This document shows positions 29,548 to 39,325 of a stretch of DNA of 64,000 bases, piece by piece. Where the stretch lies: assembly GCA_009859145.1 (NCBI GenBank), contig VRVR01000065.1, positions 13,253 through 77,252 of the forward strand, read 5' to 3'. The translations under genes and the position numbers were made by a program. The notes below the pieces were generated by a model. That model did not search any database. It was not told the DNA's origin and worked only from the letters and a program-made list of their open reading frames with translations. Position 1 is the stretch's first letter. The number at the start of each line of letters is the position of its first letter. The DNA is from Andalucia godoyi And28. Its lineage: Eukaryota; Protista; Jakobida.

Positions 29548-32487
29548 TCATTGCTTCTCTCCATCTTCTGAGTCTTCTTCCTGTGAATTCATGAAGAAGC
29601 TTGCGTCTGTATTTGACGCGACTCGGCTGTATTCTATGGGTCTGGGCGGATGTGCATAGACACTTTGAAGAGGGATTGGAACTCCGTGCATTGGCGGCAT
29701 TGGCATGGAAGGCATTCCTTGTGCGTACATCATTGGAAATGAGGGAGGAAACGCCATGTATGGACTTTGGTTATGGGGATAGTACCACGGTGGCCAAACG
29801 GGCGTGTATTGACTGGGCTGTGAAATGGGAAAGGGAACAACTGGCGGGGGCACAATGTGTGGTATTTTCATGAACACAAAAGTTTTGCGGCCATCTTTTT
29901 CAAGTCGTATGCATGGCAGCTGGTGAAGTAAGCTTGAAAGCCGCTGAATGGTGACTGGTTGAAGTCCAGTCATTGTGCTTCTGAGATGCGAATTTGCTCT
30001 CATTAAAACATCAGAAAGCTCTCCAAGGCTTCCTTCTTCGGCTGAGTAGGGATTGTTCGTCTTTGCTTGTTGCTCCCAAAATGGAACCAAAACATCTCGA
30101 TATTGTATTCCTGTGTTATTTCCGACAGGTACGTGCTCTCTTGCTGCTTTCTTGTTGTCAATGTTTGCATCGCCTACGTGTAAAGTACTCCATTTGTCAA
30201 TAACAAGACGCCACAACTCTGCGGCCCCCTTTTCTACCATTTGACGCAATGCTGATCTAGCTGAAGTGTTTGATGATGCCAATCCACTATCACACGTGAC
30301 CATCGCTTCCAAAGGTGGTTCTTGGACGTGGATGCATTTTATGAAGGGCGTCAACTCTGGTGCAAGAGGTTGCTGTCCAACGCATATGATCCTTGCGTCT
30401 GTCTTCTGCCACGGAGAGGTCTTGTTCTCCTTCCATTCTCGTTGAAGAATGTATCGATTGAGCGAGTCGCTATTTAACGGAAGCGCATCGCAGTCTACCA
30501 CAACCAATCCTCCTTCACGCACCACGGCATGATTCCAAACATTCCGATTTAGTTCAGCGATGCTGATGTGCACGATACGTTCAGCAGCCGCTTCTTTGAA
30601 CAGTCGCACGATGACTTCCGTTGCGCTACACGGACCTACGAACATGAGGATTGGAGCCTTTGCGATTTTCATCTTTTCAGGCCCAGGTAGAAATGGACGT
30701 GAAGTTTCTACGAGAATGCTGTGCAGTACGTTGCTGACGTCCGCCTCTTCTTTTTCAAGGACGTATCGCGATAACAATGATTTGAGTGATCCATCTTCCT
30801 TTGAAGCAATGGCTCCGCAGATTCGCACAGCAGGGCAGTCCACTTCGTTGGCGTTCCCAGGTTTCAAGCGCGGAGGTTCACCACCTGTGATGATGTGTAC
30901 TTTTTCCTGATGTTCGCTGTGGCTGTGTTCTTCTTTGTTCGTATGAGATTCTTTGAAGCGAAGATAATTACCATTTGAAAGCAATGGCAAGTAGTTTTGG
31001 ATATCCTTTTGAAAGGTATCATCTTTGAGACGAGCGCGAAACCTGTCTCTCAACAGGTCATCGTCGTCGATGCCTCTCCTTTCGTCTTGCCGGAGCCCTA
31101 TGAATGCATGCCAAAACTGCTTAGACTCTTCGCTGAAGAGACTCACTTGTTGCCAGCGTCCTTCTTTTCTATCCGAGCCTGTGACCCATTTGTCGCTGGC
31201 ATGGTACACATACCATTGTCTGTCAATAGTATACGCAAACAGCTTTCCCTTGAAAAGTCCATGCATGATGAATGCTTGTGCAGCCTGTTTCCTGCTCGTT
31301 TCACATATGTTGTAGGAGTTTCCTGACGCTTTGATGTCTGCAAGAATTTCGTTCCGAAGTTCGTGTACTCTCAGCATAACGTGATAGCGTTGAATGACAG
31401 ATGTTTCTTTCGATTCTGCCCACCAAATGTCTGTCAGCCATGATTCGTAGTTGTCTAACTGGAGATGTTCACCGTTGTGCATTGCGTTCTCGATAGCGCT
31501 GCGTGCCTTCGGTACAGATATCGGCTCTCTTCCCCGGAGGCACCGAACCATATGATGAAAGATGTCATTTTTTGCTGGCGTTACGCACCAGAGGCTTTCG
31601 TGACACTTGTGTGAAGGATTTATATGGACTTCGATTGGATGTTTCCTCGCTTCTTCCCATATTTTATATGCAAAGTACGGGTCGAACGCAGGATCATCCA
31701 GTTGGCCTGGCACGTAGTCAACGATCTGCACTCTCTTTCTCAGTTCGGTTTCTTCGGCATTTCGATCTCCCTTCCAAACACTGCTCATATCGTCTTTTGT
31801 CACTGCAATGTTCTCCAGAAAAGGCACCGAGACTAGACTGCACAGCGGAAGGCGATCCCGTTTCAGCGAGCTTCCAAGAAGCGGAATGAATCGTTGTTTG
31901 TACATCATGAAGTGGTTGCCCATTACAATTCCTGAAGGGGCTTCCGCTTGAACTTCATCTAAAATGTCCCAGTCTCGCGCCAGTATTCGTGGGAAAGTTA
32001 CGATGGCTTCCTGTAAACCGCCGCTGTCTCCATCAGACAAAAACACATAGGCGGTGAGAGAGTCGACATTTATGGGAGTCAACATCTTGTACAACATAGG
32101 GCGCAATTTGTTCAAAAAATCAATTGTGACTTTCCATATGTCTCGTCGACAACCAGGAATCAGCTGGTTCATTATTAGATCTTGTGTGGGGTGCGTGGTC
32201 GTAAACATTAAATGTGTGCCAGTCTGTATATCATAAAGCAAATTGCCATTTCGATTAGGATCCAAACAGTACTTGAACACCAACTCCTCTTGCTCTTCCA
32301 CGGTAACATCCATGTATGTTATTGAATTGTCTGCAAAGGGTTCCCATACCATATTCATTGCATCCGAAAGCTTATTGCATTCGTACATCTTACATTGTTT
32401 CCCAAAGGTCTCTTTTACCTCGCCTCTGCGCATCCGTTTGGGTGAGCGCTTGATCTCATCGGATTCCATCATTGTTTGTAGATTCAT
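29548..32487 (-). CDS. D5-like (NCLDV/Polinton-type) primase-helicase with degenerate catalytic motifs and a Pro/Met/Tyr-rich tail
   Basis: Ordered remnants of AEP (HLMFTTT at DxD, AIVTFPRI at sxHhxFP, IPLLGSSLK), PriCT-2 (DNYESWL), D5_N (DRQWYVY...KW; LKDDTFQKDI; LSNG) and SF3 (LMFVGPCSATE at Walker A; GLVVVDCD; IICVGQQP). Open frame of 979 aa. Confidence 0.7.
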   Translation of the reverse strand: MNLQTMMESDEIKRSPKRMRRGEVKETFGKQCKMYECNKLSDAMNMVWEPFADNSITYMDVTVEEQEELVFKYCLDPNRNGNLLYDIQTGTHLMFTTTHPTQDLIMNQLIPGCRRDIWKVTIDFLNKLRPMLYKMLTPINVDSLTAYVFLSDGDSGGLQEAIVTFPRILARDWDILDEVQAEAPSGIVMGNHFMMYKQRFIPLLGSSLKRDRLPLCSLVSVPFLENIAVTKDDMSSVWKGDRNAEETELRKRVQIVDYVPGQLDDPAFDPYFAYKIWEEARKHPIEVHINPSHKCHESLWCVTPAKNDIFHHMVRCLRGREPISVPKARSAIENAMHNGEHLQLDNYESWLTDIWWAESKETSVIQRYHVMLRVHELRNEILADIKASGNSYNICETSRKQAAQAFIMHGLFKGKLFAYTIDRQWYVYHASDKWVTGSDRKEGRWQQVSLFSEESKQFWHAFIGLRQDERRGIDDDDLLRDRFRARLKDDTFQKDIQNYLPLLSNGNYLRFKESHTNKEEHSHSEHQEKVHIITGGEPPRLKPGNANEVDCPAVRICGAIASKEDGSLKSLLSRYVLEKEEADVSNVLHSILVETSRPFLPGPEKMKIAKAPILMFVGPCSATEVIVRLFKEAAAERIVHISIAELNRNVWNHAVVREGGLVVVDCDALPLNSDSLNRYILQREWKENKTSPWQKTDARIICVGQQPLAPELTPFIKCIHVQEPPLEAMVTCDSGLASSNTSARSALRQMVEKGAAELWRLVIDKWSTLHVGDANIDNKKAAREHVPVGNNTGIQYRDVLVPFWEQQAKTNNPYSAEEGSLGELSDVLMRANSHLRSTMTGLQPVTIQRLSSLLHQLPCIRLEKDGRKTFVFMKIPHIVPPPVVPFPISQPSQYTPVWPPWYYPHNQSPYMAFPPSFPMMYAQGMPSMPMPPMHGVPIPLQSVYAHPPRPIEYSRVASNTDASFFMNSQEEDSEDGEKQ

Positions 32488-32631
32488 CGATTTGGAATTG
32501 GTTTTGTTTGCACTGTTTATGGCTGACGAGAGATTTGAGAGATAATGACATGTTGCGTGGAGGGATGTCGTTGAACTTTTGATGTCTATTTTTTTCTATC
32601 TCTCTTTTTTTTTCTCTCCCTCCCTCTGTCC

Positions 32632-33325
32632 CATGACGATCCTTTGCTTTTGCAACGCCAAATTTACCGAGTAGCTGAATAAACGAGTATTGGCACTCGA
32701 ATAATTCTTGATTCGCTATTTCGTGCATATCATGTCAACAACGTCTTCGTTCAACATACATACAATCCGATGACGATGTTCGGCACCATCCTCAATTGCC
32801 TTGAATGTGAACTTGATCCAGAAAGAAGTATGAAAAAATGTTTTGCGACATAACTGACTGCAAAAGCTTAAGCAGGAACGAAATGGCCGGAACGATCCTT
32901 GAATCATTTGCTTTGTTTGATGGATTACATACTAAGAAACATCGTCCTCACGGACTTCGTGAGCTGTTTACTATATTATGCTCGTTGGAGGAAGACTCGA
33001 GCATGAGAGCTAGTCTGCATATGCGTATACTTTGTGAAACCTCGTCGTCACATTACTCGTAATTTCTACAATATTTCCGCAGAACTCCTTACGAATCTAG
33101 ACGCGGCAGACTGGACACTCCCCAGACACTGAGGTGCTGTTTCTCATGAAGACATTGGTGTTGCACTATGCAAAACTTTACAGTTGTATGATCTTTCTCG
33201 GAAGCATGTCGTGCCAAACCCCTGAAATTCCTGGGCAATCTGCAAGATGTACGACTTCAACATTTAAGACTGCTTTCGATAAAAGAGGTCAACCAACGCA
33301 TTTGTCGCCTCAAGACCTCTCTTGA
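32632..33325 (+). pseudogene. Cyclin-box-like (PHO80/cyclin U-like) pseudogene, one frame with four stops
   Basis: Colinear frame ...TDFVSCLLYYARW...*ELVCICVYFVK...RNFYNISAEL...LPDTEVLFLMKT matches the cyclin P/U pattern (aliYldR...l.lA.K...y.N..yA...LE..FL). Stops are TAA x3 and TGA x1. Confidence 0.4.
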
Positions 33326-33531
33326 ATCCCAGTACTCGAGCCTACCTGCACGTCAAGCATGCAAGACAAGGCACCTGATTGGTCAAATGAGCAAAATTCT
33401 CGAGTTTGACATTGTTCTATGGATTCACAAAGTGACTCGGTTTATGGTCCTTCGAGACGACCTCCAGTACCCAGGGGTCCGCCAAGAGTTTCGATGGTAC
33501 CCAGGCATGTCCCTCGGTGCGCGGGGAGGTC

Positions 33532-34340
33532 TCAGCCGCGTCCCCCCGATCCGTCGGGAACACTCGAGAAATAGCGCGGATTTTGAGCAGTGGTCGCGCT
33601 GTTGAGTTGCAGATGGTCACATCCTTCTTCTAATACTTGAAGCTCCAAAGAAGCGGAGATGTTGGGTGGATTTGATTCATCCGATGCGGATGGTCTTTGA
33701 GTGGAAACGTAAATCTGCACCAGGTTTCTTTTTCTCGGTTCTGCAATGTTGCAGCAATTAATGTCGTGCAAGAAAGTTGGTACTCTGACTCTTGAGAACA
33801 GTTTCGCGAACTTTGTCAACGAGAGTGCGGCTGAAATCCAGTAGGACAAACTATGAGAGGAAAAATCACAGACAGGCTGCGAAAAGGATCGAGCGGATTT
33901 GACGTTCCGTTGCTGTATGACGATGTCGAAACGGTATTTTATCTCTCTTGGTGATGATGATATGATCGTCTACGCCACTTCGTGTGGGTGACTGAACGTG
34001 TTTTCAACAGTTTGCTCTAGAAAGAGCTGTAAAAAAATGAATCTTTTAAACTGCCGTCTCTTCTTGATCCTGCTGGGAAGCTTCTGTTTCTGAGAGCTTT
34101 TATTCCTAATTTCTGCACTTTCAAATGAAGCGTGTTTGTAAAGTTGAATTGTTTAACTCGAACGCATTTCATTCTTTTGGATGACACTGCGGGATGCACA
34201 GCTCTGCCTTCACTTTTGCCGCCGTCTTTCACCTTTCATTGCACCAGTGTAGCTTGCTTCTTTGTTTGACACTGCGTACAGCTCGTACATGGTGTTCTTT
34301 GGCGGGACCTTAGCTTTGTGTGAATTCTCCAGTGACATAA
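33532..34340 (-). pseudogene. Unknown basic protein gene with three in-frame stops
   Basis: From ATG (MSLENSHKAKVPPKN...) to TGA 33532 the frame is continuous apart from TGA, TAA and TAG, and includes KKRRQFKR. Confidence 0.4.
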
Positions 34341-34972
34341 TGAAGGAACTTCTTATTTATGGACGCCAGTGAAACGAAGTTGTTGCGAGTTGCTCTTAAT
34401 CCCATGCTTTTTTGTTGTCCTACAGTGCCACTAAATCGGTGATTTGGTCTTCAGAAAGCCGTCTCGCTGTCTTCATAGATGCAGCCGAAGCACGCAACTG
34501 TCTCTCTCAACGCAGTAATACAGAACATTTTGCGCGCCCCCTACATTTGCGATCGCACATCTCGTAGGTGCGAATTCTGCTCTGCTCGATCATTAATCAC
34601 TTTTTTCATTCTTTGTTCAGCAGAGACAGGCCTCAGCACGTGTCAGAAGCATTGTTCCGTTTGACAAGCAGCTCGAGATCATTCTCTTCTGGTTGTGCTG
34701 GAGATCGAGACTCGTTACGGCCTCTCAGTTTGTCGTGAACGGCTATGCAGTGCCAACTTGTCCTCAAACGAGGATTCCGCCCCATCGTCTGTTCTGCAGT
34801 CACGCTGCGACTGTGCCGCATTCCGTTTTCATCGTGCTCCCCAGTCACTTTTTTGTCTGGGTGTGGGAGAAGGGCGCAAAACCTTACTCAGGTGATAAAA
34901 AATTGTCATCCAGTTCAATGAAACGGAGAGTCGGGAGGGCGAATTCCCAGTTTAAGTTATTGCTATTGCAAG

Positions 34973-35545
34973 TCACCAAGATACGGACGGTATAGATAAA
35001 CACAACATTACAAGGTTGGATAAAAACACTGTCGAGCGATCGAGGTTGGTGTTTGGATCATTCGGTTCCAAAGTCATGAACCAGATACTGGCTGACATTA
35101 GTGGTGCAAGAGATCGCATTTCATCGTGGATTACAACCAAGATGAAATTCAGACAAATCCACTCTTTCCTCGAGGACGCAGATGTCGAATGGAGATTAGA
35201 GGTTGTGTCTCCGAGGAAAGTTCTGCAGACGGAAAGTGAAGAGTTTGGCATTTCTGGAATCCTAAGAAGCTGCGTAAAACACCCCATGTCTTCAATTTCG
35301 TCGTCTGTTTCAAAGGTTGTCATGATGGCTGCTGGACCGCTTATGCAGCCCTTGTCGATCTTGCGACGAAAATCCGTCAACAATTTTTTGAAATTGCCTG
35401 ATTCCGACACGCCTATGTACTCGTAATTCGGGTTTCCAGAACTATAAATCCGAAAGACAAAATACAGCACCTGTTCACGGAAGCCCTGCACAAAATGCGG
35501 CGTGTCGGATAAAAGGATTGCAGGATGTTCCAAACTAAAGAGCAT
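34973..35545 (-). CDS. Hypothetical protein with degenerate GIY-YIG-like N-terminal motif
   Basis: LYFVFRIYSSGNPNYEYIGVSESGNFKKLLTDF has the Y..Y.i...YIG pattern but lacks the conserved Arg and His. Confidence 0.35.
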   Translation of the reverse strand: MLFSLEHPAILLSDTPHFVQGFREQVLYFVFRIYSSGNPNYEYIGVSESGNFKKLLTDFRRKIDKGCISGPAAIMTTFETDDEIEDMGCFTQLLRIPEMPNSSLSVCRTFLGDTTSNLHSTSASSRKEWICLNFILVVIHDEMRSLAPLMSASIWFMTLEPNDPNTNLDRSTVFLSNLVMLCLSIPSVSW

Positions 35546-35659
35546 TCACACGCGCACTCCCTGCTTTTTTGAAACATCCATGTATTTTTCTTCCGTCCGG
35601 CTCTCTTTTGTTGAATCTCTAAATGTCTGCTTCAGTAGAGACTGATTAAAAAAAATTGA

Positions 35660-37542
35660 GTGGAAATCGGAATATATTCAGAAAGTCACTTGCATGTCGT
35701 GTCTGGAACGGTCTGTTTCCGAAACTCTGTGAAATGTTGCATACAGAGTCTCCTTTTCAGTGCAAGATATAATTCACTACCCACGACTATGACGAATGCC
35801 TGTATGCGGAAAGTTTCGTTTCTTTGCGGGTCTCCCCCGTTCTATGAGGTGTCATCAGTTCAAAAATATTACAGTGGGATGATAGGTCGGTATGTTGAGA
35901 GCTGCTGTTGTGGAAGTCACGTAACAACAACAAGTCAAAAACGGAAACTTTCCGCTCGCCGCAGAAGACGTGACACGATGCAATGTTTCCGTCGGAAAGA
36001 GAAATCAACATCAGCTGATCTGCCCAGCACTTTCCTTTAACAATATTTTGAAAGAGAGTGACCTTCTGAACCTTCACAGTCCGGCAATGAAAACATTCCG
36101 TTTGCGGAGACTGATCTTTGCTTCAAGACTGCTTCTGTAACAATAAAGATTAACCAGAACGGAAGAGTGAAATCGACCGAGAAAGTCTGGATGAGGAGGA
36201 CCTTGGAAGAACGGCAAGAATACGAGTCGTTTTGGTCGAATAGACAGCTGCAGGAGAAACTCAAGTGCCTCGTTCTCGCATTTGCTCCTACTCCGCACGC
36301 TGCAGATTCCGCACCGGAACATCCGATTTCTGCTTCGAACTGCGCCGGAGCAGATCGGGAACAGGAGGGATGCTCGCACTAAATGTTTTTTACGACCGCT
36401 GACGTTTGTGAATGCATTACAACCCCATGACTCCACGGTTCGTGTCCATCCATTTCCTGAATATCGAAACTCGAATGAAGATGGTGCTGCCTAGAGAGCT
36501 TGGATCGACTTCGGGGTGCTTAGGAATGCATCTGTCGTGGCTTGAAAGGTCTGGATTGGACAGAATCGATCCTTCAACGGTTGTTGTTTTTCCTCTCGCT
36601 GCATTCACAGGTTACCAACAAATCATCTGTCCAACAGAGGATCGTCACAAATACGAAGTGGTGGCAAGCGCGTGGGAGTACGGGATCGCCGATTAATCCA
36701 ACCCAAATAAGGGTTGCTTTTTTATCAAAGAGCGTTTCCCGAATTGGACTGGTTTTGATGAAAAGGCAAAGACAGGTCAAAAAGGCATCTCCAATATCGT
36801 TTTTCTTTTCTCTTTCTTTTGGATTTTCATTGCAAAAAGGATCTTTTGCAGTAGGAATGCGCTTCGCTCTGACAGAAGTCCCCAATTCAACCAGTTCTGC
36901 ACCTCTCGGAACTCGCCAGACTGTGTTCCAGAGATTGATGGAAGGTATGCCGTTCTTCCTCCGTGGATGCCCATGCCCTCTGTCACTGGACAACGCAGAG
37001 TCCATCGGAATTGCGCCCTTCAGGCGCAAGAAGCCACCCGTCTTGCATTCGACGCAGAACAACTGCTGCCAGAGGAAGACTTCACAGAACCCCACCAGTT
37101 GACATCCCTCAGAGCTCTCAAGCAACGAACCGCATCCCGGGTGGCAGAGCTGTCCCTTTCTGACATGATTTAGAGTCTGTTCCCAGGATGCTCTGCTGCA
37201 TGGAGCGTAGTCATGATGGGCCAACAGCTACGACATGTCGTTTTCCAGCGAATCGGCAGACTCGGAATGGAGCCCACTTGTTCGGAACTCGAAGGTGATC
37301 TCAGGAAGGATAAGATTCCGATATGTGCATGTGACGAAAGATGTGAAGCATGTGATGATGTGCAAACGGGTTGGTATGTCAGGTTGACACGCGGGTACGA
37401 ACTATGCGTAACATGCTTCGCGAGCGTAGACCTCTCGTCCCGAGTGAGCCGGTGGCCGGCGTGCTCTTGTTTTCCACTCGGACGATATTTTCAGATTCAA
37501 GGCCCGTTCCCTCCAGTAGAAAGCAATGACAAATTTGAATGA
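35660..37542 (+). pseudogene. Decayed large gene; possible KDM3-type JmjC remnant and C-terminal ZZ-like zinc finger
   Basis: 35660-36382 is one frame with 2 internal stops. 36412-37542 is one frame with 2 internal stops (36694, 37171). Motifs: IKERFPNWTGF, GRYAVLPPWMPMPSVTGQRR, TRLAFD and CEAC...GYELCVTCF. Confidence 0.35.
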
Positions 37543-38434
37543 GTCCTGGAGAGGACGGAGTGCAGACAATCGCATGTGGGGAACTGACAGCAGCTGGAAA
37601 TGGACACCGTTGCGGAAGAGCTTTCATCGCGAACAGGAAGAAGACATGGAAACTACTTTCGATACAAATAAATGTCGATGTTGTTGAATATGCTTGAATA
37701 TCATCTCAACAGTGGTATGCGTTCTGATGCAGCGAACAAGGCAAAGTCGTGGAGTTCTGTGAGTCTCCTTTGAGACAGAACGTTTCCAAAGCCACGACGA
37801 CGGGGACGGACTTTGAAGTCGTTCGGGACTAATCAGCGCCTCACTCTACACCGAGGCGATGCCTTCGAAGCACAGGTTGCTCCATTGATTCGGTGCCGTC
37901 AAAAGCAGCGAAGAGAGATATAAATGCCGAAAAAGATGTCAATGGGAAAGTCATTTTGAACTGTGCTGATCCACTTCCGTCAAAACCCTACAGGAATGCA
38001 AGTGCATGATACCGCAAGAGTGGAGTGATTTCGTATGCACGTGCGTGTGCAGTTCTTCGTGGAGTTCCTCGTTGGTGTCTCCAAATTTTCCCTTTGAGGC
38101 GAAAGACCGTTTGTGTGGGCCAGTAATAACTGTGCAATGGAGGAGACTTCTCGCCTTTTGCATTGCAAAGTCTTTGTTGCCAAGCATTTGCTCTTCTAAG
38201 AAATTTCTCTACTGTTTTGAAAGGCTGCATGGATGTCTCTGATGATTTCGTTACTGCAAAATGACTTTGTGAACGGAAGACCTGTCGGGCTGTGGAGTCC
38301 GTTTCGGCTGAACATCCGGTTTTGGAAAGCTGCGAGATTTCAACATCGGATTCGCGATTCACGACGCTTTTCTTTGTGCAGTACAGCACCAAAAATGCAC
38401 GCTCTCCAGGAAATTCACGAAAACCGATGAGATC

Positions 38435-38926
38435 GTGTTTACACCTTTTGAAGTTGCTCTTCGAAGATCGGATGAGAGGATTAAAATGCGGGTTGCGGAA
38501 TTCATTCATTTACTCATGTGCAATGCGAACAAGACGCAGCACGTCCGTGTCTACTCTGGTAAGCGGCACTCGGGAGCATCCAGGATTCCGGAGGCATTCG
38601 ACCGACAGATTGGCAAGCTCGTGTCTCTAATAGAAGCTGCCATTGAAGAGAGCTCTATCTTCGACAGAGACACTGAATATGTTTTGGTATACAATGTCCA
38701 GCCGGCTGCCGAGAACTGCGGGATATCCATAAACACGCTGATCCGCCAGAAGAGTTGGATCGAAGAAACAACGGATCTCCGCAGCACGCCAGCACATCTC
38801 TTTGTAGACGTCAGTTCCGGGATGGTTCGAAACAGCACCTCGGTACTCATTGCAGCCGGAGTAATGGATCCGGGCGACCAAGCGGCAGACGGGAAGCCTG
38901 CTGCCGCAGAGTATGGTTCCGTCTGA
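38435..38926 (+). CDS. Hypothetical protein (probably the 3' part of a disrupted gene)
   Basis: 163-aa frame with protein-like composition; no family recognised. Confidence 0.35.
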   Translation: MFTPFEVALRRSDERIKMRVAEFIHLLMCNANKTQHVRVYSGKRHSGASRIPEAFDRQIGKLVSLIEAAIEESSIFDRDTEYVLVYNVQPAAENCGISINTLIRQKSWIEETTDLRSTPAHLFVDVSSGMVRNSTSVLIAAGVMDPGDQAADGKPAAAEYGSV

Positions 38927-38980
38927 GGATGTAAGACGACCACTTCCATCCTAGCATTCGAATCTGATCAACCGCTGCTA

Positions 38981-39325
38981 TTGTCAACCATAGGACAGAC
39001 TGTACATACTCCAATCGGCCAACGGAAAGGGAACTTCCAGGTGACATGCTGCATGACGCTTGGAGACGCTTTCGAGCGGGTTCTCAGTTCGAGCGCAAAG
39101 ACTCGAGCAGTACCAGAAATTACCAAGCCTCCTGCGAAATCCACCGACGCGATCGCCTTGAGTAGTGTTCGGATCATCAAGATTGTGCCTCTCGCTGCCG
39201 GCAGTCGAAACGCGACGATTTATGCCTCGGGCGACGTAGGGAATGCTCAAGACGACTGGATTGTTTTGGAGGAAGAGGCAATCATGCACCAAGCTTTCCC
39301 TGATGTCACACTGATGCGATGCTAG
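38981..39325 (+). CDS. Hypothetical protein
   Basis: ATG-initiated 114-aa ORF with globular composition; no family recognised. Confidence 0.4.
   Translation: MSTIGQTVHTPIGQRKGNFQVTCCMTLGDAFERVLSSSAKTRAVPEITKPPAKSTDAIALSSVRIIKIVPLAAGSRNATIYASGDVGNAQDDWIVLEEEAIMHQAFPDVTLMRC

Noticed and set aside
740-31700. DPAFDP hexapeptide shared by the USP-like and D5-like ORFs
   Set aside because: There is no flanking similarity; treated as coincidence.
33440-33600. GC-rich patch as a tRNA or other structured RNA
   Set aside because: No cloverleaf, T-loop or A/B box was recognisable, and it overlaps the 3' end of a decayed ORF.
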